DNA of 64,000 nt from Candidatus Latescibacterota bacterium (GTDB lineage: Bacteria > Latescibacterota > UBA2968 > UBA8231). Within the stretch, counting starts at the first letter, position 1. The number at the start of each line of letters is the position of its first letter. The notes under the pieces were generated by a model that did no database searches, was not told the origin of the DNA, and saw only the letters and a program-made list of their open reading frames with translations. Made by a program: the position numbers and the translations under genes. Below are positions 9,361-19,067 of this stretch, in pieces. The DNA lies in assembly GCA_965221775.1 (NCBI GenBank), contig CBDCSU010000005.1, positions 768,001 through 832,000 on the forward strand, written 5' to 3'.

Positions 9361-11010
9361 TCATGGCTCGACGCCGAAGGCCCGGCAGATGGCATCGAGC
9401 TTCTCGACCACCTCGGGGTGGATCTCCCGGGGAAGCATCAGAGCTGCGATCTCGTGGTAGCGGGTGTAAGGCAGAGCGTGCAGTCCGGCCGCTTCGAGCA
9501 GCGAAGAGAGCAATATCGTGCGGGCTTTCGTCTCATTCAGATACCCATGATTCCCCAGCGGCTCCCTTACTACCGCAGGTGGAAACTCGTCGCGCCAGCA
9601 AGCGAGCATGTCTTCGACGTGCGACTCGGCAGCCTCGACGCCAACCTCGGCCTCGACGAACCGGGTCAGCGCATCCGGGTGGATGAGGTAGCTCTCGATC
9701 TCGTACCGCCGCCACCGGAGACGCTGCAACCCGGTGCCGGTGATCTCGCTGTCCGGCACGGGAGGTCTCGCATCGCCGTCACGAAGTTCGAGCGCGGGCA
9801 GCCCCTCGCGCACGAGTTGCAGGGCCTCATGGTGATCGCGCGCCCTGATGCCCGGGCGCCCCTCTTGCGCCTGGAATACCAGCGGCTTCCACATGATCTC
9901 GGTGGTGAGCAGCCGCTCGGCCCGGTGTCCAAGGGTCGACGCCCACGCGCGCAGGATGTTGATGTCCGTATAATCCTCGACATACAGAATCCCGCGGACA
10001 TGCAGGGCCTGCATCACGTCCGTGTTGCTGAGAACGCGAAGGGAGGAGATCAGCCGGCCCTGCTCAACGCTGTCGGCGGCCATCCTCGGCTGGTTGAGGG
10101 TAAGGCAGAGTTCGCGAGGCTCCACCGAATTGATGATCACCTCGGAGTGGGTGGCGACGACGAGCTGCGATCCGTGCAGCGCGGCCGCCGCGCGAAGCTC
10201 ATGATAGATGGCGTCCTGGAGAATCAGGTGCAGATGCGCGTCGGGCTCGTCGAGGAGGAGCACCGAGCCTTCGCGCGCATGGAGAAAGGCGAGCAGCATC
10301 AGCACCTGCTGAAAGCCGCTGCCCGCGCTGGCGATGTCCAGGGGCCGGGCTCCCCCGGCCGCTCTGTACTCGGCCTGGATGTACGGTCCGCTGGCATCAG
10401 GGGGCAGCAGTTCATAGCCGAAGAGCTTCCCGATGGAGTCCTGGAGCGCGGCCCAGGCGGAGTCCTCCCGGCTCGCGGTGACGAGCAGGTTGCGCAGGAC
10501 TTCACCAGGCCGGCCGAGCCCGAGGATCTGCTCTACGGCGGCGGGCTGAAGGAGCCGCTCGTTTGTCTCCAGTCCCGTCATGGGAGGTACGTAGACGATC
10601 CCGGGATCCAGCTCCCGGAGCCGGTCCGCGGGGACCTCCGCCCCGGGCCGGACGTAGATCTGCTCGGTGCTGTCGGCGATGAGTTCCATCGTCACGGACC
10701 AGCCCGCGTCGTGCCGGATCCCGATCTCGATCTGCCCCCCGTACCGGCGGTCCCTCCACATCAGGTCGAAGCTCCGAAGGGGGACCGCAGCGAAGGCCTG
10801 CCGGGCGATGGGAGCCCGCGCATAGCCCTTTCGAGGATTGTAGTCGTTGAGCTCGCGCCAGCGTCGAAGGGCGAGGGACCACGACGCGATGGCCTGAAGG
10901 ATCGTCGTCTTGCCGGTGTTGTTGGGGCCGGCGAGAACCACGTGTCCCGGCAGCCGGAACTCGACCTCGCCAAAGCGCTTGAAGCCGCGGATGCGGACGG
11001 TGCGGATCAC
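9361..11010 (-). CDS. ABC-type ATPase fused to a TOPRIM-like domain (OLD-family-like)
   Basis: IRGFKRF, Walker A GPNNTGKT, signature AGSGFQQ, Walker B LLLDEPDAHLH, ATHS; C-terminal ILYVEDYTD, LRDGD and RRYEIESYL. Confidence 0.8.
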   Translation of the reverse strand: MIRTVRIRGFKRFGEVEFRLPGHVVLAGPNNTGKTTILQAIASWSLALRRWRELNDYNPRKGYARAPIARQAFAAVPLRSFDLMWRDRRYGGQIEIGIRHDAGWSVTMELIADSTEQIYVRPGAEVPADRLRELDPGIVYVPPMTGLETNERLLQPAAVEQILGLGRPGEVLRNLLVTASREDSAWAALQDSIGKLFGYELLPPDASGPYIQAEYRAAGGARPLDIASAGSGFQQVLMLLAFLHAREGSVLLLDEPDAHLHLILQDAIYHELRAAAALHGSQLVVATHSEVIINSVEPRELCLTLNQPRMAADSVEQGRLISSLRVLSNTDVMQALHVRGILYVEDYTDINILRAWASTLGHRAERLLTTEIMWKPLVFQAQEGRPGIRARDHHEALQLVREGLPALELRDGDARPPVPDSEITGTGLQRLRWRRYEIESYLIHPDALTRFVEAEVGVEAAESHVEDMLACWRDEFPPAVVREPLGNHGYLNETKARTILLSSLLEAAGLHALPYTRYHEIAALMLPREIHPEVVEKLDAICRAFGVEP

Positions 11011-11017
11011 GCCTGGC

Positions 11018-12781
11018 TCACGCCCCCCGCCCGCCCACCGGCTCCAGGCGGATGAACGTCTTGAGCAGCTCCCACTGCCAGGAGTGGGGGAAGCCGTAGG
11101 GGTCCCGCGAGCTCGGCCAGCCGCTCCAGCGGGTGGTGTTGCAGGGGTAGCGGATGATCAGCTGGGCCAGGAAGATGTCGGGCATCTCGCGCACCCAGAT
11201 CTCCATCGCCTCGGTGAACAGCTGCAGCAGCTCCGGGTCGCCCACCTGCAACGGCGCGGTGCGCTCGACGATGCGGTCGAACTCGTCGTTGCGCCAGCGC
11301 GAGATCGTCGACCACAGGGGCGCTGGCTGGCCCGTGGGGCGGTAGTACTGGGAGGTGTAGTAGGAGAGCATCAGGTAGGGGTCCATGCCGCGCACGCCGC
11401 TGGGCCCCTTGCAGCCGAGGGAGGCCTTCTGCTCCCCCGTCTGCACCAGCGATGTCAGGCCCGGCGAGGTGTCGAAGTTGGCGTCGAAGCCGGCGTCGCG
11501 CAGCTGCTGGGTCAGGGGCGGACCGTAGGACCGCAGCCACTGGGGCACGTACATGGCGATCTCGACGCGCTCCCCTTCCGCGTCGATCCAGAACCCCTCC
11601 TCGTCCTTGGCGTAGCCCTTCCCCTCCATGATGCGGACCACCTCCTCCGGGTGGGGGCGGCTGTCGTACCCGTGGCGGGCGAGGATCTGCTGCAGGGCCT
11701 CATCGAAGGGGGCGAACCACTCGTAGGGGGTGAAGGGGTGGAGGGCGACGACGCCGGCCCCCGACTCGGCCAGCTGCACCACCTTGTCGCGGTCGATGGC
11801 CATGCTGATCGCCCGGCGGATCTGCGGATCGTCGTAGGGCGGCTCGGAACAGTTGAGGTTGAGGTCGATGGGGCACCAGTCGAGGTAGCCGTAGGGAGCC
11901 TCCCGGCCGCTGAAGGTCACCACCCGCGGGTTGCGCTCGAGCACGCTCTCAAGGGTGAGGACCTGCATGATCGGCGCCATGTCGAGCTGGTCGGTGAGCA
12001 GCAGCTGCGCCGACTGGCTCTCCTCCTGCTGCGGCACGTAGATGATGCGCTCGATCCTCGGCAGGCGCTTGAACCCCTCCCGGGCCGCCCACCAGTCCCG
12101 GCGCAGGTCGTAGATCTTCTGGTAGGGCGAGGCGTAGACGAGGCGGTAGGGCCCGGTGCCCAGGGGCAGGCCGGCGTCGATGTCGTGGAAGGTGAACTCC
12201 AGCGGGTCCACATGGCGCCAGACGTGCTCGGGCAAGACCTGGATGCCGTGGTTGCTGCTCAGGGTCGTGGCCCAGAAGGCGGGGCCCGGTTTCTTGAGAT
12301 GGAACCGCACCGTGTGGTCGTCGACGACCTCGGCGAAGTCGAAGAACTCGGGCAGGTCGGCCAGGTGCACCATCGACTCGGCGTGGTCCCGCACCATCTC
12401 GAAGGTGAAGGCCACGTCGCGGGCGGTGAAGGGCCTGCCGTCGGCCCATTCGATGCCCTTGCGGAGCCGCGCGGTGAGCACCGTCCAGGTGTCGTCGTAC
12501 TCCCAGCTCTCGGCCAGCCAGTTCTCGTGCTCCCCGGTGAGCACGTTGTACATGATGAGGGGCTCGAAGATCGAGGGCAGGGTGCCCATGTGGAAGCCCT
12601 GGTCCGAGCCCGGGATGTAGGGGTTCTGGTTGTCGAACAGGGCGTACTGGTTCGGGCCGCCGTTCATCAGGATCATGGTGCGGTCCCGGGGCACCTCGGG
12701 CAGCACGATCCCCGGCCCGCAGCCGGCCGCGGCCGCCCACGCCGCCAGCAGGAGCCAGCCCCAAGCCACCGCTTGCGGCAC
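11018..12781 (-). CDS. Peptide/nickel ABC transporter substrate-binding lipoprotein (family 5)
   Basis: Lipobox AAAAGC, ENWLAESWE, LRKGIEWADGRPFTARDVAFTF, GTGPY and IRRAISMAIDR. The start is uncertain (GTG 12781 or coupled ATG 13012). Confidence 0.9.
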   Translation of the reverse strand: MPQAVAWGWLLLAAWAAAAGCGPGIVLPEVPRDRTMILMNGGPNQYALFDNQNPYIPGSDQGFHMGTLPSIFEPLIMYNVLTGEHENWLAESWEYDDTWTVLTARLRKGIEWADGRPFTARDVAFTFEMVRDHAESMVHLADLPEFFDFAEVVDDHTVRFHLKKPGPAFWATTLSSNHGIQVLPEHVWRHVDPLEFTFHDIDAGLPLGTGPYRLVYASPYQKIYDLRRDWWAAREGFKRLPRIERIIYVPQQEESQSAQLLLTDQLDMAPIMQVLTLESVLERNPRVVTFSGREAPYGYLDWCPIDLNLNCSEPPYDDPQIRRAISMAIDRDKVVQLAESGAGVVALHPFTPYEWFAPFDEALQQILARHGYDSRPHPEEVVRIMEGKGYAKDEEGFWIDAEGERVEIAMYVPQWLRSYGPPLTQQLRDAGFDANFDTSPGLTSLVQTGEQKASLGCKGPSGVRGMDPYLMLSYYTSQYYRPTGQPAPLWSTISRWRNDEFDRIVERTAPLQVGDPELLQLFTEAMEIWVREMPDIFLAQLIIRYPCNTTRWSGWPSSRDPYGFPHSWQWELLKTFIRLEPVGGRGA

Positions 12782-13011
12782 CCTGCGCCCCGGCCGCCCG
12801 GCCCGCGGCTTGCGTCCGCCGCCGCCGCGGAGACTCGACCTGCCGCAGCTCCCCGGCGCCACCGCCTGGAAGCCCTGCCGCCCGGCCCGGGGGCTGCCCC
12901 GCCCGGCGCCCCCGCGTTCCACCCGGCGCCCGGTCCCTGGCTTGCGCCCGCCGGCGCCCCCGCGTTCCGCCCGCATCCCGCCCATCGCCTCCCGGTGTTC
13001 TCCGGTCCCCA

Positions 13012-14064
13012 TCACCCGCCTCCGTGGGACAGGGCGGCGACCTGCTCCTCCGAGAGCACCTCCGCCTCCTCGTGGAGGAAGCAGGCGGCGGCGCGGCCCT
13101 CGTCGGTGCGCACCAGGGGCGGGGTCTGCTGCCGGCAGCGGTCCATGACGTGGGGACAGCGCCCGGCGAAGGCGCAGCCGCCTCCCGGCGCGTGGGGCGC
13201 GCCGTTCTCTTCCCCGGCAGCGGCAGCGGTCTCCGCGCCGTCGGCGCCCTCCTCGCCACCCCAGCGGCGGCTCGTGTCCGGCAGCGGGATCGATCCCACC
13301 AGCAGCTGCGTGTAGGGGTGCTTCGGCGCCTTGATGACCCGCTCCACGTCTCCCACCTCGACCACCTCCCCCTGGTACATGACCAGGATCGTGCGGCTCA
13401 ACTGGTAGGCCGTGGTCAGGTCGTGGGTGATGTACACGAGGCTGATGCCGCGCTCCCGGTGGATGCGGAACAGCGTCTCCAGGATGGTGGCGCGCAGGGA
13501 GGCGTCGACCATGGAGACCGGCTCGTCGGCGACGATCACCTTCGGGTCGAGGAGCAGGGCCCGGGCCACCATGATGCGCTGGCGCTGGCCGCCGCTGAGC
13601 TGGTGGGGGTAGCGGCCCAGGGTCTCCTCCGGGCGCAGGCCCACCGCCTGCAGGCCCTCCTCGATGCGCGCCCGCCGCTCGTCGCGCGACAGCTCCGGGA
13701 AGAACCGGGCCACCGGCGCCGTCAGCGAGTGGTCGACGCGGTAGAAGGGGTTGAAGACCTCGAAGGGGTCCTGGAAGACGGCCTGCACCTGGCGCCGGAA
13801 GGTCTTGCGCGTGGCGGCGTCCAGCTCGGCCAGGTCCGTGCCCCGGTAGCGGACCGACCCGTCCGTGGGCGGCAGGATGCCGAGGAGCAGCCGCGCCAGG
13901 GTGGTCTTGCCGCTGCCGCTCTCGCCGGCGATGGCCACCACCACCGGCTCTTCCTCCGGAATCACCAGCGAGGCGCCGGCCACGGCCACGGTCCGCCGGC
14001 GGTCGAAGAGCCCGCCGCCGAAGGCCCGGCTGGCCTCGCGCGCCTCGAGCAGGGGCGCGCTCAC
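13012..14064 (-). CDS. Oligopeptide ABC ATP-binding subunit (OppF-like)
   Basis: GESGSGKT, FQDP, YPHQLSGGQRQR, ADEPVSMVD, HPYT and a C-terminal Cys cluster. Confidence 0.93.
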   Translation of the reverse strand: MSAPLLEAREASRAFGGGLFDRRRTVAVAGASLVIPEEEPVVVAIAGESGSGKTTLARLLLGILPPTDGSVRYRGTDLAELDAATRKTFRRQVQAVFQDPFEVFNPFYRVDHSLTAPVARFFPELSRDERRARIEEGLQAVGLRPEETLGRYPHQLSGGQRQRIMVARALLLDPKVIVADEPVSMVDASLRATILETLFRIHRERGISLVYITHDLTTAYQLSRTILVMYQGEVVEVGDVERVIKAPKHPYTQLLVGSIPLPDTSRRWGGEEGADGAETAAAAGEENGAPHAPGGGCAFAGRCPHVMDRCRQQTPPLVRTDEGRAAACFLHEEAEVLSEEQVAALSHGGG

Positions 14065-15056
14065 GGGGCCTCCGCGTGCAGGTGGCAGGCCGCCCGGCGC
14101 TCGGCGCCCCCGTCACCGGCGGTCACCACCTCCAGGGCCGGCACGGTCTCGGGGCAGCGGTCGAACACCTGCGGGCAGCGCGGGTGGAAGGGGCACCCCG
14201 GCGGCGGCTCCAGCAGCGACGGCGGCAGGCCGGGGATGCCGCGGAACTCGCCCCGGCGGTCCAGGGACGGCAGGCTCTCCACCAGCAGGCGCGTGTACGG
14301 GTGGAGGGGCTCCTCGAGCAGGCCCCGCACCGGGCCCAGCTCGGCCAGCCGGCCGGCGTACATCACGCCGATGCGGTCGACGCACTGGGCCATGAGCCCC
14401 ATGTCGTGGCCCACCAGGATGACGGCGGCGTCCAGCTCCCGCTGCACCCGGAAGAGGGTGTCCATGACGCGCTTCTGCACGACCACGTCGAGGGCGCTGG
14501 TCGGCTCGTCGGCGATGATCACCCGCGGCCGCAGGGCCACGGCGATGGCCATGCCCACGCGCTGCTTCATGCCGCCGCTCAGCTCGTGGGGGTACATGCG
14601 CGCCACGGCGGGGTCCAGCTCGACCAGGGACAGCAGCTCCCGCACGCGCTCCCGCAGGGCGTCGCGGTCCGGCCGCTCCTCGTGGGCCTCGATGGTGTCG
14701 GCGATCTGGGCGCCGACGCGCATCACCGGGTTGAGGGAGTTCATCACCCCCTGGGGGATCAGGGAGATCCGCGAGAACCGCACCCCTCGCATCTCCTCGT
14801 CCGGCAGGGACAGCAGCTCCAGCTCGTCCAGGTGGACCCGCCCCGCCTCGATCCGCCCGGGGGGCCGGATCAGGCGCATGAGGGCCATGGCCGTCGTCGA
14901 CTTGCCCGAGCCCGACTCCCCCACCAGCCCGAGGCGCTCCCCGGCCCGCAGCTCGAAGCCGACGCCCTCCACGGCGCGCACCGGTCCGCCGCCGGTGTGG
15001 TAGTGGACGCGCAGCTCCTCCACGCGCAGCACCACGCGGCCCCCGGCGCCGCTCAC
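14061..15056 (-). CDS. Oligopeptide ABC ATP-binding subunit (OppD-like)
   Basis: GESGSGKS, YPHELSGGMKQR, IIADEPTSALD and GCPFHPRCP. GTGA overlap at the start. Confidence 0.93.
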   Translation of the reverse strand: MSGAGGRVVLRVEELRVHYHTGGGPVRAVEGVGFELRAGERLGLVGESGSGKSTTAMALMRLIRPPGRIEAGRVHLDELELLSLPDEEMRGVRFSRISLIPQGVMNSLNPVMRVGAQIADTIEAHEERPDRDALRERVRELLSLVELDPAVARMYPHELSGGMKQRVGMAIAVALRPRVIIADEPTSALDVVVQKRVMDTLFRVQRELDAAVILVGHDMGLMAQCVDRIGVMYAGRLAELGPVRGLLEEPLHPYTRLLVESLPSLDRRGEFRGIPGLPPSLLEPPPGCPFHPRCPQVFDRCPETVPALEVVTAGDGGAERRAACHLHAEAP

Positions 15057-15907
15057 GAGGACCGCCACAGCCGCGGATTGGCGATGCGGTCCAGCCCCAT
15101 GGAGACCAGGAAGAGGCCGATGAAGATGAGCACGATCATCACCATGGGCGGCGCCCACCACCACCACATGCCGCGCAGCAGCGAGGTGTAGAAGAGGGCC
15201 CAGTAGATGGTCATGCCGAGGGTGGGGTCGTTCTGGGGGCCCAGGCCCAGGGCCTCCAGGCCGATGGAGGCCAGCACCGCCGCGGCCACGGCGCTGACGA
15301 AGCTGGCCGCCAGGTAGGGCAGCAGGTTGGGCAGCAGCTCCCGGGCGATGATCTCCAGGTCGCCCATGCCGGAGAGCCGCGCCACCTGCACGTAGGCGCG
15401 CTCGCGCATGGACAGCACCTGGGCGCGGATCGTGCGCGTCGGCAGCATCCACGCCAGGGAGGCGACCACCAGCGCCATCATGTCGACGGTGACCGCCGTG
15501 CGCAGCGACGTGGCCAGCACCACCAGGAAAAGCAGGCCGGGCACGGTGAGCAGCACGTCGGCGGCGCCCCGGATCAGGGTGTCGGGCAGGCCTCGGAAGT
15601 AGCCGGCCACGAAGCCGAGAATGATGCCGATGCCGAGCCCCACGGCGCCGGCGAGGAAGCCGACTCGCAGAGTGAGGGGCGTGCCCGCCACCATCACCGC
15701 CATCAGGTCCCGCCCCGCCGCGTCGGTGCCGAGGGGGTGCTCCAGGGACGGCGTCAGGTTGGCCGCCGCCGAGCCGACGCGGGCCTGATCGGTGTCGACG
15801 AAGAGGGACCCCACGGGGCCGAAGGCCAACACCACGAAGACGATGGCCAGACCCGCCGCCAGCTGCGGGTGGCGGCGCGCCGCCGCGGAGATCCGCGAGA
15901 GCCTCAT
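15053..15907 (-). CDS. Oligopeptide ABC permease (OppC-like)
   Basis: HPLGTDAAGRD, EAA-type loop YVQVARLSG and several TM segments. ATGA overlap. Confidence 0.92.
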   Translation of the reverse strand: MRLSRISAAARRHPQLAAGLAIVFVVLAFGPVGSLFVDTDQARVGSAAANLTPSLEHPLGTDAAGRDLMAVMVAGTPLTLRVGFLAGAVGLGIGIILGFVAGYFRGLPDTLIRGAADVLLTVPGLLFLVVLATSLRTAVTVDMMALVVASLAWMLPTRTIRAQVLSMRERAYVQVARLSGMGDLEIIARELLPNLLPYLAASFVSAVAAAVLASIGLEALGLGPQNDPTLGMTIYWALFYTSLLRGMWWWWAPPMVMIVLIFIGLFLVSMGLDRIANPRLWRSS

Positions 15908-16974
15908 CGGCGGTAGGCGATGCGCGGGTCGAGGAGCGGGTAGACGAGGTCGAGGATCAGGGTGACCGTGGCGATGGCGAGGATGACCATGACCACCACC
16001 CCGTAGATGACGAAGTAGTCGAAGGTCTGCACGGCGCGGTAGAGGACCGTGCCCACCCCGGGATAGGCGAAGACGACCTCCACCAGCACCGCCCCGGAGA
16101 CGACGTAGCCCATGGCCAGGGCCAGGGCCGTGGTCTGCGGCAGCATGGCGTTGCGCAGGGCGTAGCGGAAGAAGATGTCGCGGCTCTTCAGGCCCCGGGC
16201 CTCGGCGTAGTTGACGTAGTCCTCGCCCTGCACGGTGACCATCATGCCGCGCATGGACAGGGCCCAGAACCCCACCGAGGAGAGCACGATCGACAGGGCC
16301 GGCACGATGGAGTGGTAGACCACGTCGAGGGCGTAGGAGAGGCTCGGGCCGGGCAGGGTCCCCAGGGTGAAGCCGCCGCCGAGGGGGAAGGCGCGCAGGG
16401 TGAAGCCGAGGAGGAAGACGAGGACCAGCCCGAGGAGGTAGTAGGGGATCGCCGACAGGGCCAGGAAGGGGGCGGCGAAGTAGTGCAGGGCCCCGGGCGA
16501 CCGCGGCCAGGCCAGCAGGGCGCCGAGGACGGTGCCTAGGGCGAAGGCGATGAGGGTGGCCGTGGTCAGCAGGCCGAGGGTCCACGGCAGGGCCCGCAGG
16601 ATGATGTCGGAGGCGCGGCTCGGGAAGTTGGCGATGGAGACCCCGAAGTCGAGGCGGGCCACGTCCCCGAGGTAGCGCAGGTACTGCTTCCACAGAGGCT
16701 GGTCGAGCCCGAAGCGGGCCTCGTACGTGGCCACCACCGCCTCCATGTCGGTCTTGCCCGCGCCCCCGAAGGAGACCGCCTGCAGCAGGCGCTCGCGGAT
16801 CGGGTTCACCGGGGCCATGCGGGGCATCATGAAGTTGATCGTCGCCCCGGCCCAGATGACCAGGAGGAAGACGCCGAAGCGGCGGAGGACGTAGTTGAGG
16901 CTCAAGTCGGGGCGATATCCCGGGGCCGGGCTTTCAGGGTGAGCGGAAGCGTTGGAAGAAAGCGGATCGGGCAT
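15904..16974 (-). CDS. Oligopeptide ABC permease (OppB-like)
   Basis: FGLDQPLWKQYLRYL, DFGVS, DYVNYAEARGL, RYALRNAMLP and LDPRI. The start may lie slightly downstream. Confidence 0.92.
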   Translation of the reverse strand: MPDPLSSNASAHPESPAPGYRPDLSLNYVLRRFGVFLLVIWAGATINFMMPRMAPVNPIRERLLQAVSFGGAGKTDMEAVVATYEARFGLDQPLWKQYLRYLGDVARLDFGVSIANFPSRASDIILRALPWTLGLLTTATLIAFALGTVLGALLAWPRSPGALHYFAAPFLALSAIPYYLLGLVLVFLLGFTLRAFPLGGGFTLGTLPGPSLSYALDVVYHSIVPALSIVLSSVGFWALSMRGMMVTVQGEDYVNYAEARGLKSRDIFFRYALRNAMLPQTTALALAMGYVVSGAVLVEVVFAYPGVGTVLYRAVQTFDYFVIYGVVVMVILAIATVTLILDLVYPLLDPRIAYRR

Positions 16975-17030
16975 GGGGGAGAAAGTCCCGGAACATTGAG
17001 CCCCCCCGGCCCCCCGAGGCCCCCCATGGA

Positions 17031-17094
17031 AGAAGCCGTCCGAAGACCCCGTCCGCCTCGTGCCCGAGGCTTTCGGTGGATCCGGACGGCTTCT
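17031..17094. repeat. Nested inverted repeat downstream of the Cache gene (possible terminator or stabilising stem)
   Basis: AGAAGCCGTCCG (17031-42) pairs with CGGACGGCTTCT (17083-94), with an inner GCCTCG/CGAGGC stem. There is no U-tract. Confidence 0.45.
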
Positions 17095-17119
17095 CGGCTG
17101 ATGCCGCGGGACCGCTCCG

Positions 17120-18934
17120 CTACTCGAGGTAGAGCAGCCGCTGCGTCTCCACCCCGCCGGGATGGCTCAGGCGGGTGATGTAGACCCCCGACGACAGGGA
17201 GACGCCGTGCTGGTCGCGGGCGTCCCACTCCACCTGGTAGAAGCCGGCGCCCTGGAACCGATCCACCAGCGTGCGCACCGGCTGGCCCAGCACGTTGTGG
17301 ATCACCAGCTGCACCGGCCCGGGGCTGGACAGGTGGTAGGCGATCTGCGTGGAGCTGTTGAAGGGGTTGGGCGCGGCGAGTGCCAGACCGGCGGCCGATG
17401 CCAGGGACTTGGCTGCGGCCAGGGGCTCGGCGCGGACAACCCAGACGCCGCCGCCCAGGGCCAGGCGCACGACGTGGCGCTGGTTGCGATTGAGAGGGAT
17501 GCTGTGCCACTGGCCGACGGTCTCGCCGGCGGCGTTGTGGGCCCGGGCCTGGTACAAGCCGCTCACCTGCCTCCCGCCGGAAATCGTCAGGGAGGCCTGG
17601 CCGTCGGCATCGGTGACCGCGCTCCAGGCGTAGTCGGACTGGCGGCCGGAGATTGCGCGGGAGAACTCGACAGTCAACCCCTCGACGGCGTCGCCCAGGA
17701 CCGTGGCCTCCACTTCCATACGGGGACCCGTCGGCACATCCTCGGGTGAGCTCCGATATAAGCCCGACCCGACGACGAAGTTGAGGGTTACTACCCGTTC
17801 GCCTGTATCGAATTCACCTTTGAACTCACGGGCGTAGCCCAACTTGGGGATGTCCGCCCTGTCGGTGTCGTCACCGGGATCGTCGTAGTAATACTCCACG
17901 AACCCGCCCTCCGGGTCGCTGGCCGCCGCAGCGAGGACCTGCGGCAGGATGAGCTCACCGGTACGGCCGTCCCGTGCGATCCCCACCAGGGGCCGCAGCT
18001 CGAATCTGTCCGGATCCGCGCCGTGAAACAGGACTATCCTGCTGGCGAGATCCAGGACGTAGAGGTAGACGGACCCCTCTCTCCAGGGTCCGTTCGGATC
18101 CCGCAGGGCGATCCTGAGTTTCGAGGACGCAGCCAGATCGCCGCTCTGCTGGAACTTGACGATGAACTCCCCCGCTTGCGTGACGAAGGCCTTCAAGGTT
18201 TCCCGGTCCACCACGTCCCCGGCAGCAACGGCCGGGTCGCCGTAATCGATCTCTTCTCCAATCACATGAGATTCATCGAGTTCGAATCCTGCAAGCAGCA
18301 CGATGGGAACCCCGAAATTGGCCGAGCGATAGACGACTGCATAGCCGGAGGCGCCTGGTATACCCTCACTCAGACCCGGTATAGGGGAGGTCGCATCGAA
18401 TGGGGCATCCGGTCCCTGCAACAACGTGCCCATGACGGCGCCGAAAGCCTGGGCGGCGGTAGCCGAATCTGGAGAAGCCAGATTGACCAAGTTGGCTACG
18501 GGTACTCCCAGAGAGGAAAGGATCGTCCCATAGATCACCGGGTTGAGCAACCTGCCCGACAGAGACATGTCCTTCGAGTGAGTGAACACCCTGCCGTCGG
18601 CCAGCAGTGACACCAGGTAGGTGGAACCGGAACGCCAATGGCTCCCCTCCTGCCTGATGAGACATCCAAAGTAGAACGATTCTTCCGGAGTCTCTTGACC
18701 CCCGCTGAACTGATCTCTCGCGGCCAGCGCGAAGTCCATCAGGGTGGCGCTGCCGTCTTCCACCTGTCGCGCCGTCACATGCGGTTCCTCGGGAGGATCA
18801 GCGCCCTCAGGGAGCCCACATTCATCCTGTGTCTGCGCCAGGGGGGGGAGGGCCAGGAACAAGACGCTGGCCAGCACGAGGGGGCCGAGAACCAGGATCA
18901 TCGGTTTCGGGACGGGTGGTTTTCCGGCTTTCAT
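17120..18934 (-). CDS. Secreted Cache-domain protein with C-terminal FlgD-Ig/T9SS-type sorting domain
   Basis: Signal peptide, GPWREGSVYLYVLD..VLFHGA..GGFVEYYYDDP..KLGYA (sCache_2-like) and tail PNPFNSSTQIAY..IHNVLGQPVRTLV..WDARD..SSGVY. Confidence 0.8.
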   Translation of the reverse strand: MKAGKPPVPKPMILVLGPLVLASVLFLALPPLAQTQDECGLPEGADPPEEPHVTARQVEDGSATLMDFALAARDQFSGGQETPEESFYFGCLIRQEGSHWRSGSTYLVSLLADGRVFTHSKDMSLSGRLLNPVIYGTILSSLGVPVANLVNLASPDSATAAQAFGAVMGTLLQGPDAPFDATSPIPGLSEGIPGASGYAVVYRSANFGVPIVLLAGFELDESHVIGEEIDYGDPAVAAGDVVDRETLKAFVTQAGEFIVKFQQSGDLAASSKLRIALRDPNGPWREGSVYLYVLDLASRIVLFHGADPDRFELRPLVGIARDGRTGELILPQVLAAAASDPEGGFVEYYYDDPGDDTDRADIPKLGYAREFKGEFDTGERVVTLNFVVGSGLYRSSPEDVPTGPRMEVEATVLGDAVEGLTVEFSRAISGRQSDYAWSAVTDADGQASLTISGGRQVSGLYQARAHNAAGETVGQWHSIPLNRNQRHVVRLALGGGVWVVRAEPLAAAKSLASAAGLALAAPNPFNSSTQIAYHLSSPGPVQLVIHNVLGQPVRTLVDRFQGAGFYQVEWDARDQHGVSLSSGVYITRLSHPGGVETQRLLYLE

Positions 18935-19067
18935 GGGGTTCTCCTACTCGAAGGTGATTTCAAGACAAGTGAATGAATAGTGGAAACGCATCCGAAACGT
19001 CAACAGACGGCCCCGGCCGCGGCGGGGGACCGGCGCGGTGGAAGGCCGACTCCCGTGGGGCCCCTCC

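Noticed and set aside
9317-11035. Weak TCACGCCC(A/C)CCGC similarity on both sides of the OLD-like ATPase as a possible target duplication
   Set aside because: About 13 bp with a mismatch in GC-rich sequence is not significant without an empty-site comparison.
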